A stretch of DNA of 63,658 nt, counting the filler. It is 13 parts of 13 records of this genome, joined end to end, with 100 filler letters (N's around TTAATTAATTAA, not from the genome) between each part and the next. Parts side by side here need not be neighbours in the genome. Positions count along the whole stretch, not along the records: positions 7,696 to 19,435 come from SRR15195285_4561; positions 19,536 to 23,609 come from SRR15195285_4563; 11 more parts are not named here. One strand, 5' to 3'. Below, piece after piece: positions 10,701 through 20,626 of the stretch (positions are counted from its first letter, which is position 1; every line of letters starts with the position of its first letter). Made by a program: the position numbers and the translations under genes. The notes under the pieces are model-generated. The model saw only the letters and a program-made list of their open reading frames with translations. It searched no databases and had not been told where the DNA came from.

Positions 10701-11152
10701 GCCCAGGTCGAGAATTGTTTGGCTGCTCTCCCCGCGGTCCCCTAGCTGCCTCTCGATCGTCTCGATCAGTTCACTCAGGCAAGGCGAGGGGTGCCAGAGC
10801 GGAATCGAAGTCGCGAGCGATGCAGCCGGGGCTACGGGCCACACGGCACTAGCAAGACCATCAGCGGGCAGCGCAATGGTGAAATGTATCACGTAGCCCG
10901 CCCGTCTCATGTGGTCGCTCGCAGCCACAGCGACACGAACTTCGTCTGCAAGCAGCGCCAGTCTAGCGCCACGCTCTGGGAGCTCATGCGCTCGTGCGAT
11001 GAAATCAGCGCCTGAAATATCGTTACCCCAGGGAAGTGACGTGCTCCCGGCCAGGTGTACCCTCGCGAAGTCCGCCTCGGAGCGCAGATCGATGACACCA
11101 CAGCGCGTCGTCGATCCCACCCAGTCTGACAGCGCGGCCTGCTCCGACCAAT
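7769..11152 (-). CDS. Fusion protein: rhodanese-like + class I SAM methyltransferase (TehB-like) + degenerate NSUN2/Trm4-like RNA m5C methyltransferase; first exon unresolved
   Basis: Rhodanese IDLRSEADFARVHLAGS; MTase motif I ILDLGCGTGRD; NSUN motifs IDLCAAP, VPCSADA, YSARSFNPLECE, RLLPQDNDSDGCFVAVL. GT-AG intron 8279-8396 joins ORF 7769-8311. Acceptor CAG at 11155-11153. Confidence 0.8.
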
Positions 11153-11861
11153 CTGTCTTTAATCAGATTATTTCACTGCATATGCGACTGTATCCACGCC
11201 ACTTGCCGTGTTTGCGACCGATATGGCAATTCGGGGTAGAGGAGAACAGCAGAATTGAATGAAAACAACAGCCAATCGGTTGAGCGGAGCAGTCATCACG
11301 CACCGCCGCACTCTTGGCGTCGGTGTGCAGCAGCGAGGGGGCCGAGTGGACGAGCGCAGCCTCGCCGAAGCGGTGAGATGGGTGACCGGCCTGGCCGAGC
11401 AGTGGTCTGTAGCTGAAGCGCTGAGTCTGCGGCGGCTTGGGGCGGCCTGGAGGTACAGACATATCGCCCCCCCACTACGCACGCTCAGTCCACACAGTAC
11501 AGTACCGGTGTACAACTCGGAACGCGCCCGTAGGTGCTAGCTAGGGATGGCGGTCCGTCCGCTGGCGCGGCACGAGTCGCTGGCACTGTTGTTCGTGAGT
11601 TGTGTGCGCTCGCGCGCCGAAATCATGGATCTACCGAGTACCGTACCCGCGGGGGCGAATTGCATGCGCCGCGCTCGCGCTAAATGCTTGTAGATCTATC
11701 GGGCGCGCGCGCGCGCGCCTGGACGCGCGAGCGAGCGCCCCGCTGGATCCTGCCTGGTCCAGACGGGAGGACCCACGTCGTGGGGCCCCGCTGGGGGATA
11801 GATGTCCGCGTGCTGACTGCCAGCGAGGTTTTCGCTCGCGCAGCATTGAAATCTGAAGCAC

Positions 11862-13086
11862 ATGGGCGCCAAGGCTCAGAACTCCGGCCGCATCAGTCAG
11901 CATCTCAAAGGTACCTGTACATACACGTACTGTCTGACGAATCAGTGATTCTCTTGCACTGATGACCAGTATTGCGTTCCCGTGGAATCCTGCACTGTCG
12001 TTGTTGTCAAGACATTAGTCGGAGCAGACGTCTGATGATGTTGGCATTGGGACTCTGTACTGTTGTGGCCGCTGCTAATGATCTCAATGGTGCCTCGGTG
12101 CAGGTACACTGATTGTGGCGTGTGGCGTGCTGTGGCTCACTCCGGACTCTCTGCTGATCAAACTGGTGGAAAGTGATGGTGGGTGGGAGACCATGTTCTG
12201 GCGTCATGTCTTCTATGCTGTGGCAATGACGGCTGGGATACTCGCGCACGGTGCTTGGTGGACACCACAGGTCGATGGTGGTAAGGTCGGCTGGATGCAC
12301 CCATTCGTGGTGTGGAAAGATAGGATCGTCGGAACGGGACGCTACGGTATCGTGTGGATTATGGTCCAGGTGCCATCGAATCTAGGGTTTATCATCGGGC
12401 AGTCCCACACGACGGCCGCCAACGTTCTGATCGTGGTTTCCACAGCGCCGTTGTGGTCCGCGCTGATCTCGTGGATAGTCCTCAGCGAACCACCGCCCTT
12501 GCGCACAGTCGTGGCCATCGTGGGGGCAATGGTCGCGATCGTTGGGCTGTTTTGGGGTGAGCTCGTGGTTTCAACTGACGAGCTGACTGGTCTACTGCTC
12601 GCATTGATGTGTGCGTTTGGACTTGCGCTAAACTTCAATCTGCTGCGCCAAGCTGCCGTGTCGGTTCCAGATGCACACTTTCCCGTATTGTTCCCGTTCC
12701 AATCTGTAGTATGTGGGGCGATAGCACTTCTGTTCGGCGCCCAGCCGGGAAATCTGCTGCTCGAAGATCTGCCTTGGGTAATCATTCAAGGATGCTGCGT
12801 CGTGCCGATAGCGTTTATTGCACTCACCGTTGGCCCGAAGTACATCACCGCTGCAGAAGTAAGCCTGTGGTTGTTGCTGGAGACAGTTCTGGGGCCAGTA
12901 TGGGTGTGGCTGGTGCTGGACGAGGAGCCGTCGCCCACTGCCTTGTGGGCAGGCAGTGCGCTTGTTCTCATCCTGATTGGACATGAGTGTGTAGGCTTCA
13001 GGGCGCGTGGCTCCGAGACCCCACAGTCGACCAAAGAGTGCGAAGAACAGGATTTGGATCATGTGGCGAGTGCACGTGCTCCTTGA
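11862..13086 (+). CDS. DMT/EamA-family drug-metabolite transporter (about 10 TM)
   Basis: Exon 1 11862-11910 (MGAKAQNSGRISQHLK), intron 11911-12103, exon 2 to 13086. Motifs LTPDSLLIKL, TTAANVLIV, GPKYITAAEVSL..LLETVLGPVWVW..EEP. Confidence 0.88.
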
Positions 13087-13321
13087 GTTCTTGACGCAAC
13101 TTTGAAACCACAAGTATGGTCTCGACTACCTGGACGACAATCATTGCAACGATAAGTATGATCGATGCATTTTAGCAATACGCCTGACTGTACTGTAAAC
13201 TACGTAAAATTGATAAATTTGGATAGCGTATATGATGATCTCAGCGACGGCGCAGCTTTGACGCAATACCGAGGAACCCCCTGTGACCATGGATTCGACC
13301 TGTTCCACACCCACGGCACAT

Positions 13322-14784
13322 TCAACGCCTGGGCAAACGATGCAGGGGCTTGTTGACGTTCGCACTACAGAGCACTAGCTGGTCTGAATGTAAAATAATG
13401 AGATCCAACCATGCAGCTGGTAGCTTACTAGATGTCACCCACATGAGCGTTATACCGGCAGAGAGAGAGAACCAAGTGGCTGCATAGACCTTGTGCTTCC
13501 ACGGTGTGACTGGGAAGTCGGTGTACGAGCTGATTAGCCTCGGCTGCGGCGCATGTATCGCTCGCTCGTAACGATCGACGGCATGCGCTGACTTGCTTGC
13601 GGCAACCATCGGGTGTAGCTTCCTCCCGTCGGTGGCGTCGCTTGCGGCCGCCCCGGCCCCACCCCCGTCACTGCCTGGCGCTGCCACTGCGTCGAAATAC
13701 AGCGGCAGGTCTGCGACAGCCGCGTCAGCACTCTCTGACGCCTTCTTATCCTCAGCAGTAGACCCCGTCGTGGAGGCAAACGATGCGTTCACCAGTTTCC
13801 CGATGGATTCCAGGTCGGTCCACGTGCAGCTGCGGTCAGACGTGTGAAAGCTCGCCGCCGGCATATAACTGATTCCATGCAGTGCACTTGCAGTCTCAGA
13901 AACAACTATATCGCGCTAGCTGCAGTCCAGTAGGTGTGTCTACGTTTGCGCGCGCGTGTGTGTGGCGCGCGTGTGGGAGTTGTTCCGTACGATGCCCCCT
14001 TCTCGCCCTTTCGGATCACCACCTGAAGGTCCTCCACCGTGGGTGGTGTAGTGTCCCCCGGCCGCGCAGCCTGCTCCGCCTGCTCGCGCTCTTCCGACCG
14101 CTGCTTCTTAGCGTTCGCTGGCACCCACCCGCGATTGACCAACACCCGGACTGGGGCGGCGCTTGAGTTTGCGCCTTCCACGACGAATGGTGTGACGACC
14201 GAGTAGCCAGCTCCGAGACCCTCTTCGACTGCCCCAGGCTTGCCACGCATACCAATGTACACCTCTTTATCATGCTCAAACCGCCCGCGAAGTGTCATCG
14301 GTGCAAACTCCGTGCCGCCACGCTGTGGCATGAGCTCGTCCCACCGCTCCAGCAACTCGTTGCCGCTCGCAACCAGGCTCGGTCGCGAAGCCAGCAGCTG
14401 ATTCCGCAACTCGATCTGGCCGTACTTCCACTCGAGGCGATTGACTTGCCAAGCACCTAGGCACAGAGTAATGCAGGCAGGCACGAACAGGACCGTCCGA
14501 CCGACCAGTGAGAGGCCTTGCACGGGTTGCGGAACGGCCCCGCTGCCAGCTGTCGTCGCCACCCGGCGCGTCCTGCCGCCGCCGCCGTTTTGCAGCAGTG
14601 GATGCCGCAGCGCGCTCGAACGCCGGATCGCTGCCCACCCCGCGTAGCCACATAATCGTGGGCTCCAGGACTGCACGCTCGATGCCCGCCTGACCAAGAT
14701 TGACGCTACATGTATGGCGCATTTGGGAGCGTGTGGGTTCAGCGTGGATTTCGCAGCTGCTGCCGCGCGTCCGGCGGCCAGCAT
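13322..14784 (-). CDS. SURF1: SURF1/Shy1 cytochrome c oxidase assembly protein
   Basis: Transit-peptide-like N-terminus; LGAWQVNRLEWK, GYSVVTPF, VLVNRGWVP, HKVYAATWFSLS. Intron 13869-13990. The extreme C-terminus may have one more intron. Confidence 0.9.
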
Positions 14785-14938
14785 GATTATTACACAATGT
14801 GCGGCGAGCGCTCGAACACGCCAACAGCCAGCGGATCGCAGCGAACTAAGCACACTGGTCTACCGTCCCTGCGTCGCGGCGCGCGAGCTCACGACGGAGC
14901 GACGAGGACGACCCCACGCTGCGCGAGTGCTCTCTTCT

Positions 14939-14981
14939 CTAGAGCTAGATCTAGTACCGGCGCGGTACCGCGGTAGATCTA
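14939..14981. promoter_or_regulatory. Palindrome-dense putative promoter element (two TAGATCTA, CGCGGTACCGCG) between divergent SURF1 and GH39
   Basis: TAGATCTA at 14946 and 14974; the same octamer lies upstream of other genes at 3729, 11691 and 27495. Confidence 0.5.
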
Positions 14982-15457
14982 CACCTCAATCATGCACGCG
15001 CACTCGCGTGACTTCGCGATTCGCGTTGATCTTATCCGAGCTGGTCAGCAAGCCGGATGATGCAAGCCGAGCAAGTCCCGGATCGTTGTTTTCCGCATAC
15101 CGGTATGCTTGAGACTTTGAAGTTTGATACTCCGGAGGATGCACGTAATTTAGAAATTTCGAGGCTACTGCCCCAGGAATTCCTACGAGTTTTTAGTTGC
15201 TGATGCAGTACCCAGATTGCGTGCACGCAACATGCGGCTCAAATATGCATATACGGTATTCGAACGTCCTACATCGCGGTACGCTGATGCTCGTGAGCGA
15301 TCAGAACTTCAGCACCGACGTTTGCCTCCAGCGTAGCGACACTAGCACTAGCTCACGACTGCCGCTCTGCTCTCGGTACTAGCTCTAGCGATACGCGTAC
15401 GCGCGGCGTAGCATTTGAAGGCATCTCTCTGCTCGCTAGAGCTAGTTCTACGGCGCC

Positions 15458-17941
15458 ATGATGGCGCGCGTGCTGCTGATTTGCACTGCCAGCAGCTCGC
15501 TCACCAGCATGACCGCTGCCGGCGTTGCTGAGCGCTGGTACGGCTCGGCCGCTGGCGGGGCACAGCGCTTTGCCGAGGAAATCATGGAGCAGGTGAGCAT
15601 CGACCGCGGAGGCCCTGGTGTCTTGCACGTTGAGATGTTGCCCCTGTGCTCCAACAGCGCTGTGGGAGCCACCCTCAGCACCATGCATCGCTTCTTTGCC
15701 GGTGCAGACCCTCGCTCACGGTGCCCCAGCACACCCACTGCACGCTGCGCGAGGCTCGGTGCGCACTGGCCAGATGGGCACAGCGGCTTTCAATGTGGGG
15801 AGCACGCCGAGCGAGAACTTCTCCCATTTCTTCGAGAACTCGGTAGGTTCTGGCCACATGTCGCTGACGCTGCGTGAAGATTGGCGCAACCATATCCGGA
15901 TGGCCGCGAGAGATCTTGGGGTGAAACACATCCGGGGACATGGTCTGCTGGATGACGACATGTCTGTGTCGTACGCTTATGGAAAACATGCATTCTACAA
16001 TATCGACTCCCTTGTCGAAGTGCTTATGAGTGTCGGCATGAGGCCGATATTTGAGCTGTCGTTCATGCCTGGCTGGCTCACCAACGGGACTGACACAGTC
16101 TGCCACTACAAAGGTCAGACAGCACTCTCGGACTATCTACTGCCCTCAGCTAGCTGAAGAGCGCACGTGGCTAAACTGCGAATGCGCAGGAAACTCTGAT
16201 CCCCCGAAAAACTACACGGAATGGGGGGAGCTCATTGGAGCCCTCGGACAGCACATGGTGGAGAAGTACGGCGAGCAAGTCGCCAGCGAGATGTTTTTCG
16301 AGGCAAGAGCGCCTCCTTGTTGCTTCCAGTGACCACAATAGCTAGACACTCTAAGCTGGTGACACATGTCTCAGCTCTCCACCCACGTTGTCGCGTTTGA
16401 ATTGTACCCGCAGGTATGGAATGAGCCAAATGATAATTTCTGGAAGGGAGGTCAAGAAGGTTACTGGGAGTTGTACACACACGCGGCCCGGGCGTTAAAG
16501 GCTGCTAGCCCCGCACTACAAGTGGGTGGGCCAGCAACATGCTGCGCAGACTGCTGGATCGACGACTTTGTCAAACATATGGACAGCCAGAACGTCCCAT
16601 ACGATTTCATCAGCACCCACGCCTATTCTAGCTGCCAGATGGCTGGGCTCGGCGATGCTGACAAAGTAGTTCAAGAAATTCACCAGGCTCGCGCAGACCT
16701 GGACAACGTCACCTCGACCAACCACCCGAATCATCCTGATGGGAAAACACCTCCCTGGCTAATCACTGAATTCGGTTCGAGCTGCAACCAAGGCTTTGGC
16801 AATCCAGGGGCTCCCCAATTCCCGGCCGGCATTCACGACATGATAGACCAGAGCTCATACACAATCGCAACGGTCGACAAGCTGGCAGGGGTGGGGGAGC
16901 CACAGGCGCTGTCGTACTGGGCTGTCTCAGACGTGTTCGAGGAATCATTCTTTCCGGTGCACAACGAGTCTTTCCATGGGATGTTTGGCTTAATCAACCT
17001 ACACGGAGTGCCGAAGCCTACTTACCGAGCCTACCAGTTGCTCCACGAGACTGGTGGCACTCGTCTGCCAGTCGTAGGCCCAGTGCCACCGCCGGCGCCA
17101 CCAGCAACAGGCTCGTGTGGAACCCCAGTGTCGGGCGAGGATGTCTGGGGAGGCGATGTTGCGCCACCAGCGACTCCATGTCCGACCTGCGGGCTGTTCA
17201 CGCTTGCAGACTGCTGCGACCTATGCCTGAAGCAGAACCAGCCAGGTGCAGTGTGTGACATCGCGGACTTGTGGCACGAGCCAGGTCAGGCACGTGGAAA
17301 CAAGTGTGGTCTCAAGTCTTTTGCGAAGAAAACGAACGTGACGAAAAACCCCGGGCGGACGTACGTCCCAGTGAAGCACGCACCGACCCCACCGCCGTCA
17401 AATGAGTACCTCTGCGCAGTGAATACTGGTGCGTAACAAAGCAGCCTCAGAAATCGCAATATTGGTGGCTGGCGTCTGAGATACGATGTCTGCCAGGGGT
17501 CTTGGCGGTGCAAAACGGCAGCGCCTGGATCGACTTGCTACTATATAACCACGCGAGCTTTGCGGATCCGATAGTTGACTGCAACATCACCGTTACGCTC
17601 CCACTCCACCTCGCTATTCGACTGAGAGGGGCGACTGTCCGGCGGATTGATGAGACGCACTCAAATCCTCTGGCTTCTTGGATCGCAATGGGCGCCCCGG
17701 ATTATACCACGAATGCACAGAATGCTGCTTTGCTGGCAGCCTCTGAGCTCATCACTGAGGTGCGTCTCAAGTTGCCTCTACCATGTTCTGGTTTCAGCAG
17801 CTCTTGTACAGCAACACTCAAGCCTGAGGAGTCACGCTGTGGTAGGACCTTGCGAGGATCGCGGAAGTGCGCGAGTCTGGTTTTGAGATACTGGTGCCAA
17901 CGCATGGTGTCGCTGCTGTACGTGTACCCCTTGGGAAGTAG
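15458..17941 (+). CDS. Secreted GH39 beta-xylosidase-like glycoside hydrolase with an inserted Cys-rich (PAN/apple-like) module; 6 exons
   Basis: GVKHIRGHGLLDDDM, RPIFELSFMP, FE|VWNEP (acid/base Glu, spliced across GC-AG intron 16303-16413), DFISTHAY, ITEF (nucleophile), SYWAVSDVFEE, FHGMFGL..GVPKPTY. Last exon ends TAG 17939-17941. Confidence 0.9.
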
Positions 17942-18134
17942 ACAAACATGGCATTGAAAGCGCCGATAGTACTAACAGTATCGCCTTGCTCCTTCCGTCC
18001 TTGTGTGCAGTACAATCGTAGGCTCAGACTATCTCTGAGCAGTATGTGATTCGGATAGCTAGGTTCAGACTATCACATCCACCGTGGCCTATCCTCGCGA
18101 GGACGTCGGGGCAAAGTCCTTTCCTTTCCCTGAT

Positions 18135-19058
18135 TCATTCTCGGACACCGGAGAGGAAGGTCGATGCCAGCCGCAACCGGCGAGCCACTACGGAAGTGTG
18201 CAAAACCAGCAGCGTAATGCCGATACGCCATACGATCAGCAACCACGTGCTTGGGCCTAGCCCTGTCAGGCCCTTGAACCACACTGACAGCGCGTCAACC
18301 CCAACCTCCTTGTCCGGTGTAGGTGATAGCTTCAGCGGACTTCGGCTGGATTCTTGCTGAGCTGGGCCAGCGGTCTCCGCTTGGCTCCTCCGAGCTCGGT
18401 ATGCGACGATATCTGCGACGTGACCCGGTTTGAAACCGAACATGTTGGAAAGATCGTCAAGGGATACGCGGTCTAGCTTCTCTGCGGTCTCGTAGCCACC
18501 GAGCACTAAACGATCGGCGTAGTTCACAGCATCGCTGCGCCGAGTGACACCGACATGGTCCCACAGATGTTCTGCCAGCTGTGCAGTGAGCTGCACAGTC
18601 TGTGTGCGCTGGAGCTCACTACGCAGTCGTTCCCGTCGGGCGTGGCTCTCGCGCCAGGCGCTCTGCAGCTTCTGTGCCGCGCGGTCCGAGGGCGACTGCC
18701 TTTTGGGCCCGCCGGGCTTCGACCCATCGCCGAAACTGACGCTACGCTCTAGTTTCGGAGCACGTGTAAGCGACTGCTCAGCTTCGCGCGCGGCTTCGGC
18801 TTCGCGCGCGGCTTCGGCTTTGCGCACGGTTTTGGCTTCCCTGAGCCGCGCCAATTCTTCCCGTGGACCCCTGCACGCACAGTGGTCTCTCCACTTGCGC
18901 TGCAGCATCATGGCGGCGTTGGTCACCGGGCTCACGTATGACATCACGGGGCTGTTGGGATTTAGCTCCCTCGATCTTCTCGCAGGGGTGTTCGTGTGAA
19001 CTGACAAACCTGCAGGACGCCTCCTTCCCCTCGGCGGTCGTGTTGTTGGTGTGCGCAT
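18135..19058 (-). CDS. Protein with two IQ-like motifs, a SAM-like domain and a C-terminal hydrophobic segment
   Basis: AAMMLQRKWR and AAQKLQSAWR (IQ-like); YADRLVLGGYETAEKLDRVSLDDLSNMFGFKPGH (SAM-like). Start uncertain (ATG 19058 or 18944). Confidence 0.6.
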   Translation of the reverse strand: MRTPTTRPPRGRRRPAGLSVHTNTPARRSRELNPNSPVMSYVSPVTNAAMMLQRKWRDHCACRGPREELARLREAKTVRKAEAAREAEAAREAEQSLTRAPKLERSVSFGDGSKPGGPKRQSPSDRAAQKLQSAWRESHARRERLRSELQRTQTVQLTAQLAEHLWDHVGVTRRSDAVNYADRLVLGGYETAEKLDRVSLDDLSNMFGFKPGHVADIVAYRARRSQAETAGPAQQESSRSPLKLSPTPDKEVGVDALSVWFKGLTGLGPSTWLLIVWRIGITLLVLHTSVVARRLRLASTFLSGVRE

Positions 19059-19135
19059 TTCTGTTACTCTTGGCGCCAGGCGAGTCGAGAAAGCTGCCGG
19101 GACCACCCGCGAGCGGCTGCTGCGTGGGTGGGTGC

Positions 19136-19348
19136 TCAGTCGTCCTTTGCGCTGAAGCCCATCCTCCGCAGCACGCTGCGCTTCCTCCTCGCCGCGAGCT
19201 TGCTAGGCGCTCGCTCGTCTCCTGGGACCTGCGTGAGCCACCCGTAGAGGATAAACACGCCGATAATCAGGCAGAACCCCAGCCCTGCGTACGCGAGGGG
19301 CGCTTCTGCCACGCCCTTCATGGGCAGCAACGCGGTGCCATCGCGATC
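19136..19348 (-). CDS. Probable terminal exon (or small ORF) encoding one TM helix and a basic tail
   Basis: After a TAG acceptor at 19351-19349 the frame reads DRDGTALLPMKG..AYAGLGFCLIIGVFILYGWL..RRKRS..*. Upstream exons would lie beyond the contig end. Confidence 0.35.
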   Translation of the reverse strand, partial: DRDGTALLPMKGVAEAPLAYAGLGFCLIIGVFILYGWLTQVPGDERAPSKLAARRKRSVLRRMGFSAKDD

Positions 19349-19535
19349 CTACGTCACGCAGCCCGGCGGCGCACGCCGGCGCCTCGGCGGCGGCGCCGGG
19401 CCAGGCGGCGCAACTACGATATAGAAGAAACACAANNNNNNNNNNNNNNNNNNNNNNNNNNNNNNNNNNNNNNNNNNNNTTAATTAATTAANNNNNNNNN
19501 NNNNNNNNNNNNNNNNNNNNNNNNNNNNNNNNNNN

Positions 19536-20446
19536 TGGTACTGCAATTGGACCCCCGTGCCTGGTCCAGGATTGAGCTGCTTGATTCCTTGGGCCACAAG
19601 ACTGGCGGTATGGTTAATTACCGCACTCCAGGTCAGGCCGTTGTCAGTCGTGTCGATCTGTAGCGTCTGTCCCACTGCTCCACATCCACCACGCCCGACG
19701 GCGTTCAAGTGAAAACACTCGTTGAAGAGCACGCTCAGCCGCTTCTGCTTGTCATCCCAGACTGCACCACCTAAGTTCAGCCCGTCGACGGTGGTGGCGG
19801 AGTCGTTGTAGATGTTGACCACCGGCGCGAACGTTGCACCATGATCCGTTGACCGAGCCATCGCTAGCTGGTGGCGCCCCGAGTCACCCGATCCACCGCC
19901 CCGATTTTCGGCGAGGGCCACAACGACCTGCGTGCCGGGGATGGCCAGCACGACGGGAATCCGGTACTCGGTCTTGTCACGGGCGTTATCCAGTGGCCGC
20001 GTGGCGTTGGTTGTACCAGCGAGGAACGGGCTGGCACATCCTGCGCCCGGGCCACCACCTGTTCCCTCGGGTGCCGGCGGGAGGGGGTACGGTCCCGGCT
20101 TGCTGCCATCACACACGGCGAGAACATCCGCGAGCGCCTTGTGCGAGCAGAACGCCTTCCCGCCAGTGTAATGGCTGAGGTTCCTGTCCAGTGCGGACGG
20201 CGAGTAACAGCGCCAAATCCCGGCCTTCTGCAGGTCGAAGCGCGCGACGAGCGGGAGTGCGAATTCGTCGCGGGTGATGACGTCGACGCAGGGTGCGTCA
20301 GTGTTGCACCAGAGGTCGAGCACCATCTGGCAGGCGGAGGACACCGTCACAGGAGGTGAGTGTGAGTACCCTGCGCTCGCTCCTAGGGGAAAGTCTACCA
20401 CCCCCGCGACGAACGCCAGCGGAAGCAGCAGGGCTGCCAAGCCCAT
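19536..20446 (-). CDS. Secreted sialidase (GH33, BNR/Asp-box), 3'-truncated
   Basis: Signal peptide MGLAALLLPLAFVAG; YRIP motif; Asp-boxes STDHGATF and TTDNGLTW; GPGTGVQL. Runs into the linker. Confidence 0.88.
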
Positions 20447-20626
20447 CGTCGCGGCGCCCGCCGTGTCCGGCGACGGCCTGAGCGCCGTGCGTACCCGGAC
20501 TAGTATAGATCAGCTCTATGCTGTAGAGGTGCAGGAGCACCGCGCGCGCGCGTGCGCGCGCGGGCGAATCCGTGATCCTGATCGATCGCTCGCCGGACCG
20601 AATCGCCGCGAACGGAGCAGGGCGCC

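Noticed and set aside
11547-11600. ATGGCGGTC..TTC|GTGAGT as first exon of the DMT gene
   Set aside because: The phase 0 donor does not fit the phase 1 acceptor at 12103; exon 11862-11910 fits and restores the HLKG motif.
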